A stretch of 57,669 nucleotides of DNA from Eubacteriales bacterium. Lineage in GTDB: Bacteria; Bacillota; Clostridia; Oscillospirales; CAG-272. Positions 33,999 to 43,226 of this stretch are shown here, one piece after another. Location of the stretch: the NCBI GenBank assembly GCA_018383975.1, contig JAHAZT010000003.1, positions 1 to 57,669 on the forward strand, given 5' to 3'. Each line of letters starts with the position of its first letter. The first letter of the stretch is position 1. The notes below the pieces were generated by a model. That model saw only the letters and a program-made list of their open reading frames with translations. It was not told the DNA's origin and did no database searches. The position numbers and the translations under genes are program-made.

Positions 33999-35149
33999 TC
34001 CTCTTCCGCCTCCGTTTCAACTTCTTCCTCCTCGTCTGTGCCGGCGTCGGAAAGCTCGTCAAATTCTTCGCTGTAAGATGAGTAGTCGCCGTACATATCC
34101 GAATATTCGGATTTTTCCATTATATGAATTGCGTCCGGCTCTATGAAAAGTCCGATTTCGGCGTTCGGAGCGCAATAATCCGTCGTCTGTATCATCCATT
34201 TGAAACCGCCGATATCGACGATTATCTCCCAGTGTACGCCCTTGAAGGTGACCGACGTGACCGTTCCTCTGAGCATACCCTTTTCGATAGGAACGATATC
34301 GACGTCCTCCGGACGAACGACAACGTCGACGGGGACGTTTTTGCCGAAGCCCTTATCGACACATTCAAAAACGTGACCGGAAAATTTGACCTTGAGGTCA
34401 TCGAGCATTGTGCCGTCCAGAATGTTCGACTCGCCGATGAAGTCCGCAACGAAGGCGTTTTTCGGCTCGTTGTATATATCCGTGGAGGTGCCTATCTGCT
34501 GAATTTCTCCGTCCGCCATGACGACGATTGTATCGGACATGGAGAGGGCTTCCTCCTGGTCATGCGTGACGTAGATAAACGTTATCCCCGTCTGCTGCTG
34601 GATATTTTTCAGCTCCTTCTGCATATCCTTTCTGAGCTTTAAGTCAAGCGCGGCGAGGGGCTCGTCCAGAAGGAGAACCTTCGGATTGTTGACGAGAGCA
34701 CGCGCGATTGCAACTCTCTGCTGCTGACCGCCGGAGAGAGTCGTCACGTTTCTTTTTTCAAAGCCCTTGAGGTTTACGAGAGCTATCATTTTTTCAACTC
34801 TCTCAACGATTTCCCTTTCGGGTGTGCGATGGACGCGGAGTCCGAATGCGATGTTTTCAAATACGTTCAGATGAGGAAACAGAGCGTATCTCTGAAAAAC
34901 GGTGTTTACGTTGCGTTTATAAGGCGGCAGGTCGTTTATTCTTGCGCCCATAAAGCATACGTCGCCCTCGTCGGGTTCAACAAAGCCGCCGATTATACGA
35001 AGCGTAGTCGTTTTGCCGCAGCCCGAGGGACCCAGCAGGGTGATAAATTCCTTGTCGTGAATGTCAAGGGAAAGATTTTTGAGTACGGTTTCGCCGTCAA
35101 AGCTTTTTGAAACATTTCTCAGCTCGATGATTTTTGTGTTACGGTCCAT
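33995..35149 (-). CDS. potA: Spermidine/putrescine ABC transporter ATPase with an acidic C-terminal tail
   Basis: Walker [10 protein letters not shown], signature LSGGQQQR, Walker B LLLDEP. ATG at 35149 has GGGAG upstream; the ORF-track start at 35161 is GTG. The tail is [13 protein letters not shown]. Confidence 0.85.
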   Translation of the reverse strand: MDRNTKIIELRNVSKSFDGETVLKNLSLDIHDKEFITLLGPSGCGKTTTLRIIGGFVEPDEGDVCFMGARINDLPPYKRNVNTVFQRYALFPHLNVFENIAFGLRVHRTPEREIVERVEKMIALVNLKGFEKRNVTTLSGGQQQRVAIARALVNNPKVLLLDEPLAALDLKLRKDMQKELKNIQQQTGITFIYVTHDQEEALSMSDTIVVMADGEIQQIGTSTDIYNEPKNAFVADFIGESNILDGTMLDDLKVKFSGHVFECVDKGFGKNVPVDVVVRPEDVDIVPIEKGMLRGTVTSVTFKGVHWEIIVDIGGFKWMIQTTDYCAPNAEIGLFIEPDAIHIMEKSEYSDMYGDYSSYSEEFDELSDAGTDEEEEVETEAEEE

Positions 35150-35192
35150 TTCTGCTCCCACTTTTAATTATAAATTTCCGATTTTACGGATT

Positions 35193-35229
35193 TAAAAAAA
35201 TGCACGAAAAACCGAGATTTTCCGTGCAT
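35193..35229 (-). terminator. Intrinsic terminator inside the potA 5' leader (also downstream of spoIIE)
   Basis: On the minus strand: atgcacggaaaa-tctcggt-ttttcgtgcat followed by TTTTTTT. It lies between the potA promoter and the potA ATG. Confidence 0.65.
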
Positions 35230-35304
35230 TAAAAAGTGCCGTGAACAATATCAAAAAAATAGATTTTCGACCGGACGGGACCCCCATCCGTAATTCACAA
35301 GAGC

Positions 35305-35333
35305 ATTATAGCAGATATATATACAAAATGCAA
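35305..35333 (-). promoter_or_regulatory. Sigma-A promoter of the pot operon
   Basis: On the minus strand: TTGCAT, 17 nt, TATAAT. Confidence 0.6.
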
Positions 35334-35448
35334 TATTTTTTTGAAAAAAACTTAAAAAAATCGAAATTAGGCGAAAATAACGGAATTTAAGCCGAGATTT
35401 TCTCTGTTTTTCTCCGAAAATCTCTGTTTTGGACTGTTATCCTCCGTT

Positions 35449-37881
35449 TTAGACGGCAAAATCCTCGTTCAATTGCGAGAATAATTCGGGGGAGGACGGC
35501 ACCCTGTCGCGACTGTTTTTCGCCGGCGGCTCAATGCGCAAAAGCTCGATTGTCATATCGTCCGAGCGTCTGTTTTCCGCCTTTGCGCCGAGCATTATTT
35601 TTTCCGCCGAAGCGGCGAGGTCACGCACGGGGTCATTTGTGAGACATTCGCAAAGCCGGACGCCGTCAAGCTCCGGATCTCCGCAGACGCCGTCGCTGAC
35701 CATGACAATCAAATCGCCTTCTTCAAGCTCAAATTCCGTAACCTCGGCGGAAATATCCGATAAAATTCCGACGGGAAGAGTGCCTGAGGCAATGCGGAAA
35801 AGGTTCCCTCCGCGCACAATGTACGAAGGCGCCGCCCCGCTCTTTATAAACGAAGCCGTTCCCGTGTGCATATCAATTTCCAGCAGGTCTATCGTTGCAA
35901 AACATTCCGCGCCGCGGTTTTTGAGGAACATATTCAGCATTTCAAGGGTCGTTGTCTTGTCGTTGCCGCAGGTGAGCATTTTTTCAAGGAACACACGGCA
36001 CACCCGTGACGTAAGCGCGGCGGTTTCGCCGCTGCCCATACCGTCGCAGATGAAGCAATAAAAACAGCCGTCGGCGGACTCGGTAACGGAGACGCTGTCG
36101 CCGCAGACGCGCTCGCCGTCCTTTGCGGACTGCTTTCCGGCATACGAAACGTCAATTCGCTTTGCGCCTTCAAGCGTCATTGCCGCGCAGCCTCCCTGAA
36201 CCGTATATTCCGGAGGAAGCAGCTTCACTCCGCACACCTCCTCGCAAAGTCCGCGGATGTCCTCCGCGCCGAGCGAAGCGGAAAGAAGCGAGGTTCCCGT
36301 TGCGACTATGTATTTCTTCCTGTCGCCGCAGACAACGACGTTTTCTGCGGAAATGCCCGCCCGGAGAAGAGCCTTTGCCAACTTGTCCGAAAGAACGCGG
36401 TCGACGGGATATCCCGCTCCGCTCTGAGAGACGGCGTCCGACATCAGTTGCGACATCGTTCCGTAGTCAAAGGCGAAAATGCTTGTTTTATCGAATTTCA
36501 TCGCATATTCAATCATCGCGGACGCACGCCGGTTTATTTCTTCAATTATCTCCCCGCTTTTGGGGCATTTTCCTCCCGCAAGCTCCGAAAGGCGTGACGT
36601 GGGTATTTTCCCCGCCGTCATCAACTTTGAAACAAGCCCTTCAAGGCGGGTGTCCGAGCCGACGGAGGATATATTTTTGCACGGACAGTCTATCGGACAG
36701 CCGGCACATTTTTCTTTCCATACCTGCCTGCACATTTCCGTAAGCGAGGCTTCGCTCGGTCGGCGCATACGGTCCGAAATGTTTTTTATCACCTGCGAAA
36801 GCGACGCAAGCGCGTCGGACAGGAGCTTTAACTTCATAATTCTTTCCTCCTCTCGTTTTTTATCCGTAATGTCGCGACAGAGCATATCCGCGGAGCTTTC
36901 CTCAATCGGCACGTATCTCGGCAGTATTTTCAGTAAAGACATTACCGTCACGAGCGACGTGCCTATCAAAGCCTCCGGAAGAAGCGAAAGCACCTTTTCC
37001 GTTCCGCCGGATATTGCACCGCAGCTTACGAGCGCAATCAATGCCGCGGCGGACGCCGCGACGGAATTGACGGGAAAAAACAGTCCGCCGAAGAGCCCGA
37101 AAAGGGCAAGCTCCGCAATTCCGCCGCCTCCGCATGCGAGCGAAAGCACGGCTCCCGCCGCACAGCCCCTTGCCCATCCTCCGCAATATCCGCACCACAG
37201 CGTGACGCAGAAGCCAAAGACGAGCGCAGGCGAAAGCGAATGAAACGAGATTTCCGAGAGCGCCACGGTCACTCCGAGCATAAGCAGCAGTCCGCCTGCC
37301 TCGTATGCCGAGGGAAAGAAATAGCGTCTGTCGAAAAGGGATACGAAAAGAAAGGTCATTGCGCCTGCGGCACACGCCGAAAAAATCCCGCCGATTACAA
37401 CGTACGCGTCAAAGCCGACGGTAAACAACGTCACAAGCGCGCCTCCCACCGACGCTATGCACGACGAAAGCACCCTCGTTGTGACGTCGTCCGTAAGGCG
37501 TCCCGTTTTTGATATTTCCCTTCTGCCGATGAAAAGCAGACAGAAAACCCATCTTGCAGCCGCAGTCAGTACAGCCGCCGCGGAATATGTGAACGCGGCG
37601 CCCGTCATTTCGGCTCCGGCAAAAATAAACCGGAAAACAATTCCCAGCGCCGCAAAGCCCGTCCCGGACGAAAGCGACGCCGTCAGCGCAATGGCGAAAG
37701 GATATGTATCAAGAGGTCCCCTCGCGCCCGACAGGAGAAGACCGAGAAAAAATGCCCCCGCTGTCCGCACGGCGCGGCGCAGTAAATTCCGGATACGGAC
37801 GTTCCCGTATTCCTCGATAGGCGCGGCTTTTCCGATTTTTCTGTTTTGCAAATATATCACGTCCTTTGCTTTATTATACAT
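35449..37881 (-). CDS. spoIIE: Stage II sporulation protein E (membrane PP2C phosphatase)
   Basis: 810 aa. About 10 N-terminal TM segments, a central regulatory region, and a C-terminal PP2C domain (GDSVSV, CDGMGSGETAA, VSDGV). Confidence 0.85.
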   Translation of the reverse strand: MYNKAKDVIYLQNRKIGKAAPIEEYGNVRIRNLLRRAVRTAGAFFLGLLLSGARGPLDTYPFAIALTASLSSGTGFAALGIVFRFIFAGAEMTGAAFTYSAAAVLTAAARWVFCLLFIGRREISKTGRLTDDVTTRVLSSCIASVGGALVTLFTVGFDAYVVIGGIFSACAAGAMTFLFVSLFDRRYFFPSAYEAGGLLLMLGVTVALSEISFHSLSPALVFGFCVTLWCGYCGGWARGCAAGAVLSLACGGGGIAELALFGLFGGLFFPVNSVAASAAALIALVSCGAISGGTEKVLSLLPEALIGTSLVTVMSLLKILPRYVPIEESSADMLCRDITDKKREEERIMKLKLLSDALASLSQVIKNISDRMRRPSEASLTEMCRQVWKEKCAGCPIDCPCKNISSVGSDTRLEGLVSKLMTAGKIPTSRLSELAGGKCPKSGEIIEEINRRASAMIEYAMKFDKTSIFAFDYGTMSQLMSDAVSQSGAGYPVDRVLSDKLAKALLRAGISAENVVVCGDRKKYIVATGTSLLSASLGAEDIRGLCEEVCGVKLLPPEYTVQGGCAAMTLEGAKRIDVSYAGKQSAKDGERVCGDSVSVTESADGCFYCFICDGMGSGETAALTSRVCRVFLEKMLTCGNDKTTTLEMLNMFLKNRGAECFATIDLLEIDMHTGTASFIKSGAAPSYIVRGGNLFRIASGTLPVGILSDISAEVTEFELEEGDLIVMVSDGVCGDPELDGVRLCECLTNDPVRDLAASAEKIMLGAKAENRRSDDMTIELLRIEPPAKNSRDRVPSSPELFSQLNEDFAV

Positions 37882-38029
37882 TTATATAATAAACAAAAAC
37901 GCCCGTGGCGCGTGTCGATATGCGGTCGGCGAAAAGTGTTTTTTCCTTTCTCCTTTTGCCGCTTCGGCACAGTATGGGCGTTTTTATTCGGATTTATATA
38001 TTATTTTGCCTGATTTTGACCTATGATTT

Positions 38030-39055
38030 TTATGCCGCAACGTCAAGCGAGGTAACGGTCTGTCCGGCGTCCAGCATATTTTCAATCAGAATGCCGTATC
38101 CCGACGCGGGGTCTGAAACGAGAACGTGAGTTATTGCGCCGACGAGCTTTCCGTCCTGAATTATGGGACTTCCGGACATTCCCTGAATTATTCCGCCCGT
38201 TTTTTCAAGCAGGGCTGCGTCTGTGACGGTAACCGTGAAATTTTTCTGATTGCTTGCGGTGTCTATCTTTGAAATCGTTATTTCATATTTCTTTCTGCCT
38301 TCGCCGTCAACCGTTGTGAAAATATATGCCTGCCCTTCGTGGACGTCTTCACCTTTGCCGACGGGATAAAGCTCGTTTTCAAGCCCTTCGGGAATGGAGG
38401 AAAATATCCCCGTTATGCCCGAAAACGTGTTTGCCGTCAGTTTTCCGCTCTGCTTTCCGGAGAAAAAGCCGTGAAGCTCGCCCGGAGAACCGCGCTTGCC
38501 CGCCGTTATTCCCGTGAGGATGACGTCCTGCGCCGTGCCTTCCGCAATCGGCAGAAGCGCGCCGCTTTCGGTATCGCAAATGCCGTGACCGAGCCCCGCA
38601 AAGGCATTGTCGGAAGGGTCTATAAAGGTTACCGTGCCTATTCCGGACGCGTTCTCCCTTATCCACAGTCCGAGCCGACGCTCGCCGTCGCCGTCATTTA
38701 CGGGCGTGACGGTCACGGAATTTTCTTTTCCCGCGCGCAGATATTTAAGCGTCACGCTTTCGCCTGCGTCCTTGAGAACATTTTTCAGCGACGCCGCTCC
38801 GTCGATTTTCGTTCCGTTTATATGCGTTATGACGTCGCCCCTGCGAAGTCCGGCGTCAAGCGCGGGAGAGCGTTCGCTTTCGCCTATCGGTCGCACTCCG
38901 GTTATAACGACGCCGTCCGTCCTGAATCGTATTCCGAGCGGTGTCCCCGCGGCGATGAGCGTGTCGCGGCTTATGCCGGAGACGTTCACCGCCGAAAAAA
39001 TCATTATAGCGGTCAAAAAAACAGTCAGCCTGATTGCCGCTTTGTTTTTTGTCAT
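38030..39055 (-). CDS. spoIVB: SpoIVB peptidase (S55), sigma-K checkpoint signalling protease
   Basis: 341 aa. Signal anchor, PDZ domain (GDVITHINGTKI), and a protease domain with GLGHGI and GMSGSPI. Confidence 0.85.
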   Translation of the reverse strand: MTKNKAAIRLTVFLTAIMIFSAVNVSGISRDTLIAAGTPLGIRFRTDGVVITGVRPIGESERSPALDAGLRRGDVITHINGTKIDGAASLKNVLKDAGESVTLKYLRAGKENSVTVTPVNDGDGERRLGLWIRENASGIGTVTFIDPSDNAFAGLGHGICDTESGALLPIAEGTAQDVILTGITAGKRGSPGELHGFFSGKQSGKLTANTFSGITGIFSSIPEGLENELYPVGKGEDVHEGQAYIFTTVDGEGRKKYEITISKIDTASNQKNFTVTVTDAALLEKTGGIIQGMSGSPIIQDGKLVGAITHVLVSDPASGYGILIENMLDAGQTVTSLDVAA

Positions 39056-39319
39056 TTTTCCGCTTTCCGGCGGAATGTTTTTTTCATAAACGCTCCGCCG
39101 CTTCGTTTATGCGATACTTTTTTCAGTACCGCTTTTAATTTGCGACGCACGGCTTTTTTTATGCCCGAATTTCGTTTGAAAAGAAAAGTAAACATAATAA
39201 ACTTTGTAAAAACCGAGCGAAAAGTCAGCACGCGCGATTTTTTTGAGAGAAATTCCCGTCATCAGTCGCTTCTCATATATAAAAAGGAAAAGTTTTTTTC
39301 GGAGCCGTTGTTTTTTTGC

Positions 39320-39372
39320 AAAAAAACAACGCAAAACGCAAACGGCGCGGGAATTCCCGCGCCGTTTGCGTT
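39320..39372 (-). terminator. Intrinsic terminator of the yerC-like gene
   Basis: Perfect palindrome aacgcaaacggcgcggg-aatt-cccgcgccgtttgcgtt, followed on the minus strand by T-rich sequence. Confidence 0.8.
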
Positions 39373-39396
39373 TATGACGTTATCTGTCGCCGTTTT

Positions 39397-39690
39397 TTAT
39401 TTTTTATTTTCTTTAATTCTTTCAAGCACGAGCGTATATCCGTCCTTGCCGTACAAAAGGCACTTGCCGACCCGACTTATGGTCGCCGTGCTTGCGCCGG
39501 TTTCCTTTGATATTTCCTGATAATTCTTCTTTTCGGAGAGCAGTTTTGCAACCTCAAATCTCTGCGATATATCAATTATCTCCTTCACCGTGCAGGCGTC
39601 CTCGAAAAATCTGTAACATTCGTCAACGGTTTCAAGCGTAAGTATCGCTTCAAAAAGGGCGTCCGTCGATGCAGAGCGCAGCTTATCCAT
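39397..39690 (-). CDS. YerC/YecD family TrpR-related protein
   Basis: 97 aa from the ATG at 39690 (GGAGGAT upstream). LFEAILTLETVDECYRFFEDACTVKEIIDISQRFEVAKLL and GASTATISRV. Confidence 0.7.
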   Translation of the reverse strand: MDKLRSASTDALFEAILTLETVDECYRFFEDACTVKEIIDISQRFEVAKLLSEKKNYQEISKETGASTATISRVGKCLLYGKDGYTLVLERIKENKK

Positions 39691-39843
39691 ATGAATATCC
39701 TCCGTTAATTTGTTTACTTTAACATTATATCGCTTTATTCTGTTAAAGTCAAGCGAAAAATAAAAATACATGTTGCCGACGCTTTACAAATCACAAAAAC
39801 GTGATATAATAAAGAAAAATGCTGACTGCGGAGGATAGCGGAA

Positions 39844-41052
39844 ATGCAATCCATAAGAGAAATATATAAAATCGGCAGGGGACCTTCAAGCTCACACACG
39901 ATGGGACCGGAAAAGGCGGCGAAGTTCTTTCTTGAAAAATATAAAACCGCCGATAGCTATAAGGTCATTCTTTACGGCTCCCTTGCGAAGACGGGAAAGG
40001 GTCATCACACCGACCTTGCAATCAACAGCGTTCTCGGAGAAAACCGGACAAGCATCGTTTTTGATACGGAAACGCCCGATTGCGACCTTCCGCACGAAAA
40101 CACAATGGATTTTTTTGCGTATTCCGAAGGCAAGGAAATCGGCAGAATGCGCGCGCTCAGCATCGGCGGCGGCGATATTTCCGTGGAAGGCACGGCAGCC
40201 GTAACTCCTCCGGAGGTATACACCGAAAACAGCTTTGCGGAAATTTCCGCATATTGCAAAAAATATAATCTCCGCCTTTCGGACTATGTTTACAAAAACG
40301 AAGGCGATGATATAAAAGAATATCTTTCGCTCGTCTGGTCAACTATGAAAGCCGCCATTGCAGAGGGACTTTCCGCAAGGGGTGTGCTCGAAGGCGGACT
40401 CGGCGTCCAGCGCAAAGCCGCCGTGCTTTTCGGTCAGCACCCGAAAAACGAAACCGACGCAACCAGGGAAAACATAATAGTCTGCGCATATGCCTTTGCC
40501 GTCGGCGAACAGAACGCAGCCGGCGGAACCGTTGTCACGGCGCCGACGTGCGGAGCGTGCAGCGTGCTTCCCGCCGCCCTCAAATATATGCAGGAAACAT
40601 ATGACTTTCCGGACGACCAAATAATAAATGCGCTCGCCGTCGGCGGAATAGTCGGAAACATCGTAAAGACAAACGCCTCCATAAGCGGAGCGGAATGCGG
40701 TTGTCAGGCGGAAATGGGTACGGCATGCTCAATGACTGCCGCCGCGCTCTGCGAGCTTTTCAAAATGAAACTCAGCCAGATAGAATACGCCGCCGAGGTT
40801 GCAATGGAGCATCAGCTGGGGCTGACGTGCGACCCCATTTGCGGACTTGTTCAGATACCCTGCATTGAGCGCGGAGCAGTTTCGTCCATGCGCGCCATAA
40901 ACGCTCTCAGCCTTGCGACCTTCCTTGCAAGCTCAAGCAAGATCTCTTTTGATAACGTTGTAAAGACTATGTATCGCACAGGCAAGGATATGAATGCCCG
41001 CTATCGCGAAACCTCCGAAGGCGGCCTCGCATACACATATAAAAAAGACTGA
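39844..41052 (+). CDS. sdaA: L-serine ammonia-lyase, iron-sulfur dependent, single-chain form
   Basis: 402 aa. IGRGPSSSHTMGP at the N-terminus, and cysteines in GAECGCQAEMG and LTCDPICGLVQIPC. Confidence 0.8.
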   Translation: MQSIREIYKIGRGPSSSHTMGPEKAAKFFLEKYKTADSYKVILYGSLAKTGKGHHTDLAINSVLGENRTSIVFDTETPDCDLPHENTMDFFAYSEGKEIGRMRALSIGGGDISVEGTAAVTPPEVYTENSFAEISAYCKKYNLRLSDYVYKNEGDDIKEYLSLVWSTMKAAIAEGLSARGVLEGGLGVQRKAAVLFGQHPKNETDATRENIIVCAYAFAVGEQNAAGGTVVTAPTCGACSVLPAALKYMQETYDFPDDQIINALAVGGIVGNIVKTNASISGAECGCQAEMGTACSMTAAALCELFKMKLSQIEYAAEVAMEHQLGLTCDPICGLVQIPCIERGAVSSMRAINALSLATFLASSSKISFDNVVKTMYRTGKDMNARYRETSEGGLAYTYKKD

Positions 41053-41056
41053 CCGT

Positions 41057-41290
41057 ACTTTTCTTTGAAAAGAAAAGTAGGCAAAAGAAACTTCAGTTAT
41101 CGGGAAGTTTGTGCAGAGTTTTAATGATCTGCACAGACGGGGCTTGCAAAAAAGGCAAAAGAAACTTCGGTTATCGGGGACGAAATGCAGGGTTTTAATT
41201 AAGCCTTCCCCAGTAGGGGAAGGTGGCAGCCGCAGGCTGACGGATGAGGTGTACTTTTGCAAAAGAAACTTCGGTCATCGGGTATACAAA
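41057..41290. repeat. Cluster of interspersed REP-like repeats
   Basis: The 24-nt direct repeat gcaaaagaaacttcNgtNatcggg occurs at 41081-41104, 41155-41178 and 41259-41282. Hairpins present are acttttctt/aagaaaagt, gtgcaga/tctgcac and ccttcccc-agta-ggggaagg, plus cagcc-gca-ggctg (41204-41239). Confidence 0.8.
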
Positions 41291-41299
41291 TTTTACAGC

Positions 41300-41332
41300 A
41301 AAAAAGCAGGAGCAACCGACTCCTGCTTTTTG
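41300..41332. terminator. Bidirectional intrinsic terminator
   Basis: Stem agcaggag / ctcctgct flanked by an A-run and a T-run. Confidence 0.75.
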
Positions 41333-41356
41333 TATTTACTTTGCCCGATATGTATT

Positions 41357-42040
41357 TTACTTTGAATATATCAAATTACCTTCGGCATCATAACATGACT
41401 CTTTGGTCTTGTTTTCATTTTCATCATATTCGGAAACGATATAGCTACTTAATTTGCCATCGGCATTATACCCATACCATAACTCCTTCGTTTTGTTCCC
41501 TTTTTCATCGTATTCATCAACTGTGTTTAGCGTGCCGTCCAAATAGACTGAATGCTTTGTCACGTTTCCGTTTGCATCATACTCATAAATATCGCTTAGT
41601 TTGTCATCTGTATCATAACCTAAGGCTTTTGTCATACTTCCATTTTCATCATACTCCCAAACGAAATAATTTACAAGTTTGCCATCAACTTCATAGAATG
41701 ATCTTTTCGTCCTATTTCCGTTTGTATCGTATTCGGCAACGGAATAGCCATCGATCTTGCCTTCGGCATCATAGTACAATCCCTTTATCGCATTACCGTT
41801 TTTGTCATTTTCGTAAACCCAATAGTAGTTAAGTTTACCCTCCGCATCATAGTCGGACTCCTTTATTAAGTTCCCTTTGGCATCATAATCCGATGATTTT
41901 TTCACGTTTCCGTTTTCATAATATTCGTAAACGGTTTTAGGCTCGCCCTTAACTTCTGTGTCTGTCTTTCCGCACGATACCGCAAACATCATTGCAGCCG
42001 CCATACAGAGCAGAAGTAAAATTGATAGTGCCTTTTTCAT
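41357..42040 (-). CDS. YD-repeat-like lipoprotein in a low-GC islet
   Basis: 227 aa. Lipobox FAVSC. At least 8 repeats of type (Y/E)YDxxGN..K...Y, for example EYDTNGNRTKRSFY and YEYDANGNVTKHSVY. Confidence 0.6.
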   Translation of the reverse strand: MKKALSILLLLCMAAAMMFAVSCGKTDTEVKGEPKTVYEYYENGNVKKSSDYDAKGNLIKESDYDAEGKLNYYWVYENDKNGNAIKGLYYDAEGKIDGYSVAEYDTNGNRTKRSFYEVDGKLVNYFVWEYDENGSMTKALGYDTDDKLSDIYEYDANGNVTKHSVYLDGTLNTVDEYDEKGNKTKELWYGYNADGKLSSYIVSEYDENENKTKESCYDAEGNLIYSK

Positions 42041-42326
42041 TGTGTTTCTCCTCCAAATAAATTAAATTGAAAATAAAAAAGTGCGCGGCTCAAAGCCACG
42101 CACAAAAAACGTAAGCTCCAAGCCGCGACGCAATCATTTCATACAACCATTACACTTGTGTAAAGTATACAAAAAGGGAGCATACATTTTTATCGTAAAA
42201 TAAAAATGTATACTTAGCCAAGGAAAACGGTTGTTTTATTCGATTACGTCGCGAATAAATTATATCATACATTCTGAGATTTGTGAACATATTTTTGAAA
42301 ATACGGCACATTTCCTTCCCGCACAC

Positions 42327-42357
42327 ACAAAAAAATCCCGCTCGCGCGGGATTTTTT
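42327..42357 (-). terminator. Intrinsic terminator of hslO
   Basis: Stem atcccgc / gcgggat with a U-run on the minus strand. Confidence 0.75.
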
Positions 42358-42359
42358 GC

Positions 42360-43220
42360 TCATTTCTTTATATCTTCTTTCCTGAATTTATATTTTTTAT
42401 CGCAGAAGCGGCAGCAGACCTCGATCTCGTCCGTATCGGAGAAGAGGTCGGCTGTATCTTTTTCGGAAAAGCCGCGGAGCGCGGATAAAATTCTTTCTCT
42501 GTCGCAGTCGCAACGGTAGCCGGCGGGAATTTCGTCAAAAACGTCGTATTCGATTCCCGCAAAGGCGCGGTCAAGGAGCTGCTCCTTTGTCACGCCGTCG
42601 GCAATGAGATGAGAAACATTCGTTATAAGCGGGAGATTTTTTTCAATCTTGTCAACAGTCTCCTCCGCCGCATAAGGCAAAAGCTGAATGAGCACGCCGC
42701 CTGCCGCCTTGCAGGAAAGGTCAGTATCGACGAGAACTCCGAGAGAACAGACCGTCGGTATCTGCTCGCTTTTCGCAAAGAACGTGCATATATCATCGCC
42801 AATCTCACCCGTCGTTATTTCAACGGAGCCTGTCTGCATTTCGCCGGAGCCAAGATCTCTGACAACGGAGAGTATCCCCGCGCCGACCGCGCCGCCGACG
42901 TCCAGTTTTCCGTTTGATTTCAGCGGCAGATCGACGTCCGGATTCTGAATATAGCCCTTGACGTTGCCCTCGTAATCCGAAACGGCAATTATCTTTCCGG
43001 CAGGACCGTCACCCGAAAAAGTGAGCGTCAGCCTGTCATTTTTCTCTTTGAGCATCGTTCCCATAAGAGACGCCGCCGTCATCACTCTGCCGAGAGCCGC
43101 CGTTGCCGTCGGCGAGGTATGTTTCATTTTGACGGCTTCGTTTACTATGTCCGTCGATATGATTATGACGGCTCTCGCCGAGCCGTCTCTTGTCATCGCG
43201 CGGATAATATTATATTCCAT
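42360..43220 (-). CDS. hslO: Redox-regulated chaperone Hsp33
   Basis: 286 aa. PTATAALGRVMTAASLM and the C-terminal zinc centre CDCD...CCRFCDKKY. Confidence 0.85.
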   Translation of the reverse strand: MEYNIIRAMTRDGSARAVIIISTDIVNEAVKMKHTSPTATAALGRVMTAASLMGTMLKEKNDRLTLTFSGDGPAGKIIAVSDYEGNVKGYIQNPDVDLPLKSNGKLDVGGAVGAGILSVVRDLGSGEMQTGSVEITTGEIGDDICTFFAKSEQIPTVCSLGVLVDTDLSCKAAGGVLIQLLPYAAEETVDKIEKNLPLITNVSHLIADGVTKEQLLDRAFAGIEYDVFDEIPAGYRCDCDRERILSALRGFSEKDTADLFSDTDEIEVCCRFCDKKYKFRKEDIKK

Positions 43221-43226
43221 ATTATT

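Noticed and set aside
37895-37985. Long-range pairing aaaaacgccc / gggcgttttt enclosing about 70 nt between spoIVB and spoIIE.
   Set aside because: It probably just combines the spoIVB terminator region with the spoIIE promoter region. The enclosed sequence has only a short tgccg/cggca hairpin, and there is nothing to suggest a discrete RNA.
39056-39396. 75-aa ORF (39107-39334) and possible sigma-F/G promoter hexamers upstream of spoIVB.
   Set aside because: The ORF has no SD and a junk-like basic sequence that overlaps a terminator palindrome. The promoter matches (GCATA ... ) were too weak to call by eye.
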